Origin: Monocercomonoides exilis PA203
Taxonomy: Eukaryota > Protista > Preaxostyla
Assembly (NCBI GenBank): GCA_001643675.2
Contig: LSRY02000043.1
Coordinates: forward strand, 682,001 to 746,000
Direction of reading: 5' to 3'
Length of the DNA stretch: 64,000 nucleotides
Positions 1 through 12,844 of the stretch are shown in pieces. Below the pieces are notes generated by a model, which saw only the letters and a list, made by a program, of their open reading frames with translations, did no database searches and was not told the DNA's origin. The position numbers and the translations under genes are program-made. Numbering within the stretch: the stretch's first letter is position 1; every line of letters starts with the position of its first letter.

Positions 1-165
1 ACTAATTGAATAAACAAAAATTTATTAAAGCAAATACTACCTATATCAAAACTTGAAAAGTCTTTTGGCTGCATTAAATGGATTTTTTTTTTGATCATTT
101 CCCAAAAAATTGATTTGTATAATAATGATCAAAAAAAAAAAAAAGCTGAAGAAGGAAAAAGAAAA

Positions 166-1728
166 ATGCAAGCAGAAATGGCGTCGATAAACTATCGCAT
201 TTATGAAAATAGACTCGAGAGAATGGCGCGAATTCTGATTGAAGGAAAAGCCAGGCTTGTGGATGCAACCAACTTCGGTGAATTTTCAAAAAAAAACTCT
301 CATCCATGCAGTGAAGGCTGTTAAAAGTGACAGGGATGTTGCCAAAGTAGGAAGACCGTCATTGCTGCGCAAGGAAAAAAAGGAAATTGTTACAGACGTA
401 ATTAAAATTGAAGCAAAGTGTGGAACAAACCTGACAGTGAAGAAAACAAAAGAATTGGTTTGAAAAATATTTTTTTTTCTATTTATTTGTTTCTATTTAG
501 ATTGAAAATGCGATAGAAGATGAAGATTCAGAGATTTCAGTTGATGCTTCACCAAAAAAAAGAAATTTCAAAATCCGCAACTTATTCCTTCTTGCGAAAT
601 CAACCCGAATAGAATGTACAAAAGCCAAAAATTTTGGATTCAAAACGTCCTGCAGCATCTTGCCAGGACATTTTGAAACCTTGGTACGAAATGCTTGATG
701 ATTTGCATTCAAAATACAAATACCGAAGGGAGCTAATCTTTAATGTGGATGAAACATCACTGAGATTATCAGATAATTGCCAAAAACTTGTTGCGACATC
801 CTCGGAATCTCCTTCAGCCTATTGTCTAGCACCTTCGAGAGTTCAAAATGCGACGCTTGTGGCTGCTGTTGCATCAGATGGATTTTCTTTGCCTACAATT
901 GATCTTTGGCCAAGTTCAAATGTTCCTGAAGAGTTGACTCCTTTACTATCTCCTTCGCTTGATGTGTGGAGCAATACGAACGGTTGGATGAACTTTTTTT
1001 TATTCGAACGATACTCTTTGCGTGTTCTTCTTCCAGAAATATTAGAAAGAAAGAAAAGGATGAAATTGACTGAAGAGAGATGTTTTCTTTTCGTTGATTC
1101 GCACAGCTCTCGTGCAAACCCTATTATTTGGAGAAAATTTATGGAATCGAATGTGGATGTCATCACATTTGTTCCTCACACAACACATATTTCACAACCT
1201 CTCGATAGAGGTGTTTTTGCTGTTCTTAAATCGGTTTTAAATTCATCAAAAGAAATCCCTCAATCTTCAACAGCTTCTTCCAACAGAAAGGCTTTGGCGG
1301 ACATCCTTCCTCAAGCTCTTCACTCTGCATTCGCACCATCAGTAATTAAGAATGCATTTGATGCAAGTGGTGTTTTGTTCAGATCGTCAGGACCAGTTTT
1401 ACGTAAATTGCCCAAACACTCTTCATTTCCTTTGCCCACTTATTCAAATCGTTTTGATTTTTACGGAAAACTGCTCACAAATGAGGATTTCTTAGAAAAG
1501 TGGAAAGAAGATATCTTTATTCGAACAAGTGCGAAATGTTCCGAAGCCGAAGAAAAAACAGAAAACATTGAAGATACTCTTCCATTAAAGTCAAAGAAGA
1601 AAAGAGTTTATCTAAGAATTTTGCATGATGATTTAGAAAATATCGAAGAAGAAAATTCTGCAGATCAAAGTTCAGGAAAAAGAAAAATTCGAAGACTATT
1701 TGACCCAAGTTTTGTTTATTTTTGCTAA
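166..1728 (+). pseudogene. pogo/Fot1-like DD35D (DDE_1) transposase, copy 1, disrupted 5' part, one intron (458-500)
   Basis: ORF 634-1728 has NVDET, FVDSHSS and HISQPLDRG, with 35 residues between the 2nd and 3rd Asp. N-terminal part (RLERMA..., VGRP) lies in shifted frames 166-457. GT..AG intron at 458-500, frameshifts in A-runs and an in-frame TAG near 610. Confidence 0.88.
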
Positions 1729-2570
1729 TTGAGTCTGTATTTTTTGAATTTTATCACTTCAAAAATTTGGTGCCAATAAAAAAATGGTTCCAATAAAAAC
1801 ACTAACCTAAGTGGAAGAAGTTTGGAACAAAACATGGAATTTTTCAATAACGAAAAAATTTTGCATCATTTATTAATTATTTTTAATTTTTGAAGAAATA
1901 CATCTCATTAACAAAAAACGCAAATTACAATTGAAGCCAAAAATATCCCTATAAAATTTGAGTTTGTGCAAATTCTTCACGCAATTTTGGCAGAATTCTC
2001 AAAAGGCATGAATTGCAGAAAAGCAAAAACAGAATTTGAAAAAGTCGTAATTGTCTCATTTGAAAAAAAAACAAAGAAAATCGAAGAAAATAATAAATAT
2101 GAACATGAATTAATATGCATACAAAGATTTGACAATTCACCAAAGAATTGTATTTTCTCAAAACAAAAACAAATTTACAATCAAAAGTGAATATATTTTG
2201 TAAAATAAACTTAAAATTAAAAAAAAAAAAAAAAAAAGGAACGAAAAAGAAAAGAAGTAGTTCACCCAAACAGATATTTGGGACTATACTCTCATTTTCT
2301 TTACATGCCAACTTTAAAATTTTTCATCAAAACACAAAAATTTTCAAAAGACAATCTTTGAAATAGATTATAACGTAAAAATTAGAACAAAAAAATTAAT
2401 TAATAATTAAAGCATGACACACAAATCAGAAAAAATAATAACTGTGCAATCTCAAAATACATAAACAACTCTCAAAAACAATTTTTTTCTGAAACACAAA
2501 AAATTATAATCATTTTAAAATTTAAAGTTCATTCATAACATCAATCACTTGTATAATCGATGTAACCTTA

Positions 2571-5500
2571 TTAGGATCTCATGCAATCTGCAATCTGCAT
2601 ATGCCTCAGATACGACAAAGGTGCAGAAGTAGACAAATATCCCATCAGCAACGATATAAAAACCAACTCAATTAGTGTCAAATAAGGAAAGTAAAAAGCA
2701 ACTTTTCTAGCTGACAGCAGCACTGTTATCTGAGACGACAGCATATACGACAAGAGCATTCCTGAAACCATTCCCATCACAGACGCAGCCATCACTAAGA
2801 TAAACGCCTCTTCAATGTATACACGCCGCGTCTGGAACTGCGTCATTCCCATCGATCGCATCATTCCGTAGTCCTTTTTGGATGAAAGTACATTCGATGA
2901 CATTGCAGCAACAAGAGAGCATTCACCAAGAAAACTCATAAAAAATGCACAAATGGCAAACACAATGTGTAAAATATTGATCGTTAAACTATAAGTTCGG
3001 TCTAAGGTTTTCTTTGATGTTGTTGAAACATGATAATTTGCAATATTATCGGATGCAGACGATGATAGAGATAATTCATTGTCTGTTTGAATTAATGCTT
3101 CACTTCCCAATTGTTTATCAAACGAACTAACTGACTTAAAGTCTTGTCTTGTAAAATCATCGGTGCTGCAATTAGCTTCGTCCTGCTCAATTCCATCTTC
3201 TCCAGAATTAAATACACGTTCATCGCTTGTGCTAAAATTGAAACACTTATTTGAGGCGCCTTTTGAAGAAAAAAACGAATCAACATTGTTTGTGGAAGAG
3301 AAAAATGTTGATGAGGATGTAGTTCTGTTCGATTGAAAGAGTATGAGATCGTCCTCAAACTCTTCTGTCCTTGAAGGTGATGCTACTTTCTTATATTTCA
3401 CTTCGATGGATTCAACACGCAGATCATCATAAGCAGACAATGCAAAAGCAAAGCTTATGTTGTCTATAACTTCAGACATTAACGGGAATGAAATAGGCAA
3501 ATATGAAATTGGCATATCATCATATTTGTTTTGATAGCTAGAAAACGGAATGGAAGAGGCAAATCCTCCAATTGTGACATTCTTGAAAAAAGAAGAAAAT
3601 GAAATAACATTCGACTTTCCATCTGCGTTTTCATTCATTTTTTTCACATAATCTTTGTCCATTTCATTAAAAATAGTATTTGAACAATACGGAAGGTAAA
3701 AAGATGCTTTTGGACTGAGATTCTTTTTCAGCACGTACCTTTCTCCCAAACTAGTCCCCAGCTGCTTTTTAAAGCCTTCTGGAACAATTACCATAGTCGA
3801 ATCAAAGTAGTCTGCATACATCTGTTTGATCACGTCGTCTCCTGTCTTTCTCTTTTTGTCATTCAAAGTGGATTCAATGCCCCAAACTTTCTCGTCTGTC
3901 ACTTCTTTGAAATACGGAGAGACGGCTGCAAGTTCGAAATAATTTTGGTGTGTCCTCCCTCTGTTAGTCACCATCACATTGACCTCGCTTCCTCCTTGTT
4001 GCTCCCAAAGATCACAACCCTTGTATGCATATGCTTCAATAATATCCTTGTATTTATCCAAAAGTGACTGCAACGCTCCAAGATCCTTCATTTTGATTCC
4101 TTGAAATGAAACAGTGTCTTTTATTAGCGGAGGAGGAAAAAACACAGAGCCGTTCCAATTCTCATAGTCTTTGAATACTGAAGCATATTGATCACCTTCC
4201 AAGACTGGAGCAATTCTCAGATCGCAGTCCAAATTTTGGCATTCAGTAGCCATTATGGTTTCTATCAGCGTGTTTATCATCACATCCATAGAAAACAAAA
4301 AGCACATAATCAACGCAAACATTATCGTCGTCCCACGATTTCTCAGTCTATGCAAGCTCAAATTCGTCAATGCCAATTTTCGCACTGCTTTTTTCTCCCA
4401 AAATAGCAGCACAACAGTCACAATTGCTTCGAAGATATACTCAAAATTCACACAAATCAGCACCAGAGCTGTCATCACGCAGATCACCAGCCCAATCAGC
4501 AGAATTATCATCAACACCATATTTCTTGAAACAAGTGAAAGGGGGAAAAGCAAATAAACGCATGCTCCAATTACTGTCAAGATTAGGCCATCAACAAGCA
4601 GAGTGAACGACGAGTGATTGGAATCACTTCGCTCGATGGTGATGAGCACGGTAGATGTGTTTGTGTGCTGCGTATCTATTGAATCGTGCAGTTTTGTTGA
4701 CAGTGCTGTCTTGATCGGGAAGAAAGAAGCAACCAGCGTCGCAGCTAAAACAACCAGAATCGTTATCACCACCGACCAAAGGGAAAGCATAACGCCCAAG
4801 CGGTATCCTGTTTTTTTAGAAATATATATTATCAATGCCTCGTTGATTCCTTGAGATCCAAGAATCCCGATAATTATTCCTGGCGCAGCAAAAGTGAGGG
4901 CTTGTATCAGAATCAGCATTACCACGCCGAACCTGCTCATTCCATGCACACGCATCAGACCAAGCTCGTAAGCTCTTCCATCGACAGACCTTTGGATTTG
5001 TGAGTAAATGATTAAAATCGTGACGGCCAAAATGATCACGATCCCTATTCCAACAGCTAGCAGAATGATGCTGTCGAAAGATGAGAATGAATTGGATATT
5101 GGACTTATTCGAGCATATAGCTCGGCAAAATCCAGTGCATAAAGAATGTTCATTGACCAAGAATTCAGTTTTCTGAAATAATAACAGATTTAATTTTTTT
5201 TAAAAAGCATGTAAGAGATTGTTGCTGCTTTTTTGGAATAAAAAAGATTCAAACAAACCGTGTTGCGATCGAGCTATCAATATACAAATATGTTTTGTTT
5301 CTTGGAACTTGTAAGTTGCAATCAAGCTCAGTTGCATTATCATTCAGATTGGCTTCTTGAAATTGTTCTTTACCAACAATTTCCAAAACAGAACGAGGCA
5401 AATATTCAACAATCTGAAGCAAACAAGAGAATATGAGCAAAAAAAATAAGTACATAAAAATTAGAAGCATTCAATTAAAAGCAAATGCATACATGTTCCC

Positions 5501-6674
5501 AGATATTGTCGATTTCTGCGTAAAATATAGTTCTTCTAAATAAGTCATTGTTTCTTTTTTGAACCTAAAAATTTATTTAAAATAAAAGATGATGTTTGAA
5601 TAAGTTTTTAAAAAAATAACATTGTTTCGATAAAACAAATATTTTTCCACAAAAATTAAAAAAAAAAAAATAAAAGAATAAAAGATTCAAAACAAATCAC
5701 AGGAAAAAGAAAAAATAACATTATCATTAAAATTTACAAAACTGCAAAAATTACAAAAACAAAAAATATTCAATGAATTAATCTTCAGACCTCTGCAATT
5801 TCAAATGGAACTGTAAAATTTTGTAAATATTTCCCAGCTTCAAGTAAACGATTGAGAGCATATTTCTTTACAACATCAAAAGCAATAGGTGAAAATTATT
5901 CCATATTCGATTGTAAATTTACAACATTTCCAACGCTCCAACTGCAAGAATAACCACTAAAACAACAAACAATGACTTTTCCTTTGGGTATTGAGTTATA
6001 ACTACTCTTCCAACCAAGGTCATAATTTTCCTAAATCACAGAAATTGAAATAAAACGAAAAATATAATTTGTTTATGTTGTAAGAGATATTAAGAATTTT
6101 TAATAATTTATCCATTGATTATAGAAATTCGTTAGAAGCATACTTCGAGCCTGCTATTAATTGCCTTGAAACCTGCGGGTAAAAAATAATTAGAAATTGA
6201 CGCATATAAGTAATTTGTTGATACGCGAGGAGTGCACATTGAATGCTGTTATCAAGTTAACGTTTCATAAAATGCTATTTCAAACAAAAAATGCACACTT
6301 TATTCCCAAGTCAATTGAGTATTTCTTTCGCCTGTGTCGCATTCAATCCAGTAGCATCAGTTTTAATGTAAGGAGTTATAACCAAATCTGTATTTCCATA
6401 GTTTCTGACCAATTTTGAATACGAAATTTACGGATGTTTTGTAACAAGGTTTAAAACGATAGGAATAATCAAACTTACAAGGTAATATCTGGTTAAGAAA
6501 AGCGTTGCTTTTAAATGTTAATTGATAATTCATATCAAACCCAACAACACCCCAACAAAAACTGCATTTGTTGTGCTTCATCTCTCTCCAACTTTGTGAA
6601 ATATAAAATCTTAAATAGGCACATGCAATTTTTCCTTGATTTTCCTCTTCTTTAATAGGTTTATACAAAGTCAT
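2571..6674 (-). CDS. FtsX/MacB-like ABC-type permease family protein, multi-exon; last exon (2571-5172) intact, 5' exons contain in-frame stops
   Basis: Two FtsX-type motifs (RAYELGLMRVHGM; KKDYGMMRSMGM), each with hydrophobic helices. N-terminal exon MTLYKP...WREMKHNK starts at 6674. Apparent exons near 6130-6480, 5790-6030 and 5260-5415. Stops at 6428-6430, 6311-6313 and 5896-5898. Confidence 0.8.
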
Positions 6675-6898
6675 TATAAATTATCAACACTATCCAATTT
6701 ATGAATATTACCCATAAATTATATTATTCATTTTGTGTTGATTTGGAAAAACTTTTGAATAACTTCATAACTTTGTAATTATTTATATTCATAATAAAAC
6801 AGTTTTAAGAAACAATATGAAATCAGAATAAAAAAAAAATGTTTGAAAAAAAAGAAAGTTGATAGAACGCAGTGAGACAGGATTTGCTCCGAAATAAA

Positions 6899-6942
6899 GA
6901 GTTTGATCTTAAAGTATGGGTGGTTTGAGTGAAAAACTTCGC
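6899..6942. repeat. DIRS 3' inverted terminal repeat
   Basis: gagtttgatcttaaagtatgggtggtttgagtgaaaaacttcgc is an imperfect reverse complement of 12802-12844. Confidence 0.88.
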
Positions 6943-7513
6943 CCTCCCCAAACGACGTGGAAAAGGAGCGAGACAAAAGTATAAAACAATAACATTAGAA
7001 AATAAAAAAGTGTATTATGAATTGTCCGCTTCACTTCACCACCGACTTCGCCTTTTGCCATGGTCTCGAAGACCAGAGGGCAGGGGACGTTGCCCCTCGG
7101 AGCTGTCTCCTGCAGGCTGTGCAGGGGATCCGGTGAGGCGAGTTCTCTAATAGGAGCAGAAAGAAAAACCGCTCTCGGTTCCTCGAGGCGTTGAAAAGAA
7201 AACTGCATGTCATGTGCTCTGCCTCCCGCTCTTCTGCTGATCCAGCAGAGCTAATCCACCCACCGCGCACTGTGTGGGTTAGTCTGACTCTTCTCTTTGC
7301 ATTTGTTCGATACTTATTAAAGGAGTAGGATTCTTCTTCCAACTTTTTATTCATTCACTGTTTCTCAATACAGATTTAGGTGCGTTAGATCTCTCTGGGC
7401 GGTCTCTCCTTTCTTCTCTTTTCTGCTTTCTCGCCCTTTTCCTCATCATCTTCCTACTCTGTTTCTCTCTCTTACGCACCCAGCCGCTCTGAGTCTCTCC
7501 ATCCGCATTCGTA

Positions 7514-7607
7514 TTATTTCGGAGCAAATCCTGTCTCACTGCGTTCTATCAATTCTCAATAAAGCGAATCTATGAACGCAAGGAGCAGGTTTGCTCCTCA
7601 ATAATGA
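7514..7607. repeat. DIRS internal complementary region (ICR)
   Basis: 7514-7552 is the exact reverse complement of 6859-6897. 7550-7607 is the reverse complement of 12843-12900 with one mismatch (7556/12894). Confidence 0.96.
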
Positions 7608-7761
7608 TTCCTGAAATCCCTCGTTTTCTTTTCTCCCCTGATCTTAAACCCTCCTGCCTAGCACTTTCTCGTGCGGCGGATGAATAGAGGGACTGCGGAT
7701 GAAGGTGCGGCTACTGTCTCTACTCCCTCCCTCTCTTAGAATGTTCTCGGGGTGTTCTTGA

Positions 7762-9183
7762 TCAGGTCTTCGACACTTGAGAGGAACTGGCAATTTGTCC
7801 TATGCTTCTCTCTCCGCGTTTCCTCCTAACAGATACAAGCTTTTTCTGTGAGGCCGTCTGTCTGCCCTTCGTCAACTCCATAATGCTGCAGGGAATTATG
7901 GGGGGTGTCTCATCACCTTTGGGGGGTTGTGTTATATCGTTCTCCTGCTGCGACCTCCTCTCTCGAATTGGCACAAGTCTCTTCGCTCTCTTTCTCTTGC
8001 CCCTCTCCACTTCACCCCCCAGCTGTGGTGTCTCCTCAGGATACTCCTTTGTTTCAGATTCTGTATTCTCGTTGATAATATCCTTTCTTACGTTATCCTT
8101 CTCCGACTTGTCTCCCTTTTCCGCAAGGGGTACTGGGCCGCCGATTGTCTCCAGGATCCATCTCGTATCTTGGACTGGTAGCACGGTGTAATACTCCTGG
8201 GTTACTCTAGAACCTGGCGCACATCTCGCGTACGCATTGATTGCTTTCCAATCTACATCATGTTGTTTTGCTAAATGTGTTATCACCGCGTGTCTTATCG
8301 AGTACGCGGTAAATGTGTCGGGTATTCCGTTTTCTCTCAGGACCGCCACTAATTCTTCTTTGATCCTCTGCAAGTTTGCAGGTTGTCTCTCACTGATATT
8401 GAACCACACATGTTCGTCTTTAAACGTCATCTTAGTATAGTCCATCCAACGTTGTAGTACTGCAACAGGATCTATACGTGGGTTTGGATGTTTATTTATG
8501 ATAACATTAACCGTCTCACCCCCCGATGTTTTTGTTTGTACTTTTGTCTGGACTAACTCGTCCTTAAATAAAGTTGTATCACTTCTCATTCTCTCCAGCT
8601 CTGCTGGCCTTAAGGCGCCGAAAATCATGGTCAGGATGAGAGCTCTCCTTTGGATGGTCTGTGTGTCCGTCCTTTCGTATGTGACTTCTGCCCATTTGGT
8701 GATTATTGTGAGATCCCACGTCGTCCTGTACCGTTTGCTCTTTCTCGGCTTATCTCCCACATACGTCTTTAAAAATATTTCTATGTCCTTTCGGTCGATC
8801 TTAGTCTCTCTGAAAAGGTTAATGGAATCCAGTACTTTCCGGACTGTCTGATGAATCACTCAACTGGAAAGGTCAGTATTCGAAAGCGTTTCGGTAAACT
8901 CTCCAATAATCCATATGGCATCTCTGGTTGTGAGGGGGTAGGTATCATCCATGCTCTCTCTATCCAGAAATTGTTTAAATCTTCGCAGCGATCTCCACGT
9001 GTCTCTTTCGCTCTTTTGATTTCTAAGTATTGCTGCTGCTATATCTCTTGCTCCAACGTATTCTCCCCATGTAAGGAAGAGGTCCCTCCCTGGGATATTT
9101 TCCTCTCCAGTATAACGCTTATTACCTCTCCTGGGGGTAGTTTCCATCCTTCCCTTCTCATCTTCGCTCCCGGAATCATGCAC
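7762..9183 (-). pseudogene. DIRS tyrosine recombinase with one in-frame stop
   Basis: 8860-9183 and 7762-8859 are contiguous in frame across TGA 8860-62. ALRPAEL, TKT, YSIRH and ARC...EYY match the R-K-HxxR-W/H-Y layout with variants. Confidence 0.88.
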
Positions 9184-11444
9184 TCCTGAAAGGTCCCCAG
9201 GGTCTTTATCGAATGCCCAGGCTGCAGTAGCGGGGTCCAGGTCTGCCCCCTCCAGGCTGGCAGAATCAGAATCGTCAGATCCCTATGAGCTTCGTTCATT
9301 TTCTCTTTCAAAGTCCATCCAATGTTTCTCAGGAACGGATGGACAAGAACTACCTCATCTTCTGGCATTTCTTTTTCTCTCTTCCTTCTCAAAGAGGATA
9401 GTCTCCAAATACTTCCACAGGACACAGGCACAATCGGTTCTGATATTGTATCCAGTGTTCTCTGTGCGACTATTTGCAATATCTCTGAGACTCTCTCCCC
9501 CCTCAGTGCATAGTCCGGCTTTTTCGCCATCCGGCTGAGTGCATCTGCTTCCATGTTCTGCTCTCCCGGGAGATGTTCCGTTTGTATCGTAATGTCCAGG
9601 CTGTTCTGTTTCTTCTCCAATGCTCTCAGTGTTGGAATGAGCGATGGCGCTCCCCTCTTCTTCTGAATTGTCCATCTCGTGGACATGTTGTCTGTCCTCA
9701 GACGAATATGGTCTATCTTCTGTTGTTGCAGCTATGCTCCCTTTCTCTCCAGTGTCCTCAACACTGCTCTGGACTCCTTTTCGTTTATCTCTAACGCACT
9801 CTCCTGGAGGGTCCAACTCCCATGGACATATATCTTCTCCTCTTTGTTCTCCCTCGGTATTGTTAACACTGCACCCCATCCCAGCTCTGACGCATCCGTT
9901 GTAAGTACTGCTGTCCTTGTTCTCTTCCTCAGACATCTCGGTCTGTTCTCCTGCAGGGTTTTCCTCCAATGTGTTAATTCTCCCAGAATCATTGGGTTGA
10001 CTATCACGATTCCTTTCCAACATCCGCGGGCTATTGCCTGCCTCAGCATGTGTTGCATGCGCTTCATCCACAAGCTCGCTGGTGGGTGTTGTAACCTCAC
10101 AAAATTCAACCTCCCGAGGAGTGCTGCAAAATCCCTCGTCCTTTGTCTCCTCCTTTTCTTTGCATATGCTATCCAGGTTCGCACATCCTCCAGGAGCAGC
10201 ACTCTCTTCCTTTCTTGGATCGTTACTTCCATCTTCTCTGAGTTCCACAACCATCCCAGAAACTCCACGCTCCTTGCGGGTTCCAACATTAGCTTCTCTT
10301 CCGACAGTATCCAGCCCAGATTTCTCAGGAACTGGGCTATCTCCTGTGAGATCGATCTCAATGCATCCCTGTTTGGGTGCATGAGGAGAATGTCGTCCAG
10401 GTAAATTACTAGCTTCACTTTCCACTTTTCTTTGATAAATGACGCCGCCCTTCTCATAATCTTCGTGAAAACCCTGGGCGCGTCCTTTGCCCCAAATGGC
10501 ATCCCTACGTAAGCATAGCATTGACTTTGAAAGCTGAAGCACAAATAGGGACTGAATTTCTCGTCCACTTTGACATGCTGGTATGCCTTCGATATGTCCA
10601 GAGTTGTCATCCAGTCGTTCTCCTCCAGGAGTTCCACAACTGTCTCCTGGGAATCCATCTTGAAATGCTTTCCCTGAACTTCATCGTTTTGTGTTCTGCA
10701 ATCCAGGATCTTCCTCCACTTTCCGTTTTTCTTTCGCACCATGAATGTGGGGTTGAACCACTTCACCTCCGACTCCTGCACCAGCTTCACCACTACGTCC
10801 TTTAACTCCTCCTCCAAGAGGGCTAAATAATTGTTCGTCATCTCCGTTGTTCCCCGAAATTCTTGTTTGTGTTTTCTTTCCTCGAGTGAGATTGGGGATT
10901 GGGGACTTTTTCATCGAGCTTTTATACAACGGTTCACTAGTTTGTCTCCCCCAATCTTCTTCCACTCGCTCAGTCTGTTCACCAGTCTCCCAGGAAGTGG
11001 CTCCTTCGGTGGTCCACTCGCTGTTCTCCTCTTCACTCCTAGCGTCTTGTGGCCAGGCTGCATTTGTGTATTCCCTTCTCCTTCGAGAGTATCCACAATA
11101 GCTGTCCTCGAGCTCACCTCCAGGGTGCTCCCAATTAGGGACTCGATAGCAGTCCCAAAAGCTCTCGAGACTCCCTTCTCTTCCTCCTTCTCGGATTTCT
11201 GCTCGTTCTTCTGTTTTGTCTTGCGGGGATCTACGGAGTCTTCTTCCGTGTTCTCTTTCCGAATTTTCGTCTTATGATCTTCCGAGGTTTCTTGTTCTAT
11301 CGTCTTTTTGCGATCGAATGGCCTCAATGCCTTTTCGTTGTTCTCGCAAACTCCCGCGGGTTCCGTTCTTGTAACTATCTGTTGATTGAATGGGACTCCC
11401 TGTGGCATTGTCGCTCCCTCGGAGTTCGATAGCATTCTGTCCAT
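9039..11444 (-). pseudogene. DIRS reverse transcriptase / RNase H / methyltransferase-like ORF with two in-frame stops
   Basis: ORFs 10911-11444, 9732-10841 and 9039-9686 share one frame. Motifs: PLPGRL, LDISKAY, MPFG, YLDD (RT); TTDASELGWGA, INEKE, TDN, NMEADALSR (RNase H); VHPF...LILPAWRGQTW (degenerate DIRS MT-like domain). Stops are TGA at 10911-13 and TAG at 9732-34. Confidence 0.93.
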
Positions 11445-12759
11445 CTCCGTCTAGCTGCAAAGGTCGGCTCTTTCTTCTCTCACTGTCTCGCAGCAAAGCG
11501 CGGCCTCCTTTCCCCTCGCTTCTTTTAGGCCCATTGGCTCGATCCAGAAGCTGCACCTGTTGCTGGTCCTCCTTGTATCCTCGGAGGAGCTGGGGGGAGG
11601 GGAACTGTGATCGAAGCCACTCTCCCAGGTGAAGCTGGTGCATGCTGTGGTAGGGCCTGTGTTGATCTCTTTCTTTCCCTGAAATTCGTGAAGCTCCCCT
11701 CGAAGCCATGCTTTTGGAGCTGTCTGTAAGCGAAGCCCTGAGGTTCCTACCTGTGCTGTACCTCCTTGGGCTTCCGCTCCTGGCTGCGACAAGGCTGAAG
11801 GCTGTGGGAGAAGCGGGGGATACTCCATACCCTGGACCATCCCCCTCTGGACGAAAAAAGCTGGTACTCTCCACAAACCTCCTCAGGCTCTCTGGGACGT
11901 CCTTGGACGTTCCCCCTTCCAGGAAACACTTCACATTCTCCCAGTTTGACTGGGGTATAACTTTTAGTAAATTAATCCGGCTGATACAGTCCGCTATCAG
12001 GGCGTAAGAGCTGAAGAGTCCCCTCAATCGCTCTTTCTCTTCTTCTCCTAAATGTGCCTTCCTCAATTCTCTTGTTGTAAGGGCTGCAATCGCCTTGGCA
12101 GCTTCAAACCCCGATTCGAGAGCAGGTTGGAGCAGTTCCATAACCCTGACAGCTTCTGGTGAGTCCTTTCTTCCTTCAGCGGTGACCCCCTTCACTGCTA
12201 AGGCGTTCCAACTCGCATCAGTGTGTCTGGTGAAGAAACTCTTTTCCGTCTTTGGAATAAACGTGTTTAAGATATCATCATTTATCCTGATTGATCCAGC
12301 CTTGCAAAAATCGATGAATCTTTTCAGCTTACCCGCCTGTCTCCTGGGCGTCAGCCATTCATCCGGGAAAATTACCAAAAAATCATCCGATCTTTCATCA
12401 TCATCCCGCTCTTCTGTCTCTTCGGAATCATTATCACTGACCTTTGCGACTCTCAATTTCTTTGTTTGACTCCGTGTACGACGGCCCCTCAACGGCTGTA
12501 TGTGTTTTTTCTTTGTGATCATATCTGAAATATTTGTTTCGGACTCCGATTCGCTCGATCTCGACCGAGATCTTCTTCCTTGTCGATCCTTCCTTTCCTT
12601 TCTCATTGGTAATATTCCTATTGCTCCAGAGTGACTTAGTCCTTCTCTGCTCCTCGACACTTGATCGATCCAATTTTCAACTCTCTTGAGCCTTTGAACA
12701 AGATCAAAGGTCTTCTCCTCGCTGTCGCTGTCTGCCATACTAACAGGATCTAGCGTCAT
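11272..12759 (-). CDS. DIRS ORF1, gag-like protein
   Basis: First long ORF after the 5' ITR (first ATG at 12759); its 3' end overlaps the start of the RT frame. Assigned by position. Confidence 0.7.
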   Translation of the reverse strand: MTLDPVSMADSDSEEKTFDLVQRLKRVENWIDQVSRSREGLSHSGAIGILPMRKERKDRQGRRSRSRSSESESETNISDMITKKKHIQPLRGRRTRSQTKKLRVAKVSDNDSEETEERDDDERSDDFLVIFPDEWLTPRRQAGKLKRFIDFCKAGSIRINDDILNTFIPKTEKSFFTRHTDASWNALAVKGVTAEGRKDSPEAVRVMELLQPALESGFEAAKAIAALTTRELRKAHLGEEEKERLRGLFSSYALIADCISRINLLKVIPQSNWENVKCFLEGGTSKDVPESLRRFVESTSFFRPEGDGPGYGVSPASPTAFSLVAARSGSPRRYSTGRNLRASLTDSSKSMASRGASRISGKERDQHRPYHSMHQLHLGEWLRSQFPSPQLLRGYKEDQQQVQLLDRANGPKRSEGKGGRALLRDSERRKSRPLQLDGDGQNAIELRGSDNATGSPIQSTDSYKNGTRGSLREQRKGIEAIRSQKDDRTRNLGRS

Positions 12760-12801
12760 TTCAGCTGCGGACAATGGTCTGAACAAGAAGTGAATTCGTT
12801 A

Positions 12802-12844
12802 GCGAAGTTTGATCTTAAACCACCCACACTTTAAGATCAAACTC
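12802..12844. repeat. DIRS 5' inverted terminal repeat, itself a 14-bp perfect stem-loop
   Basis: agtttgatcttaaa (12806-12819), 10-nt loop, tttaagatcaaact (12830-12843); pairs with 6899-6942. Confidence 0.88.
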
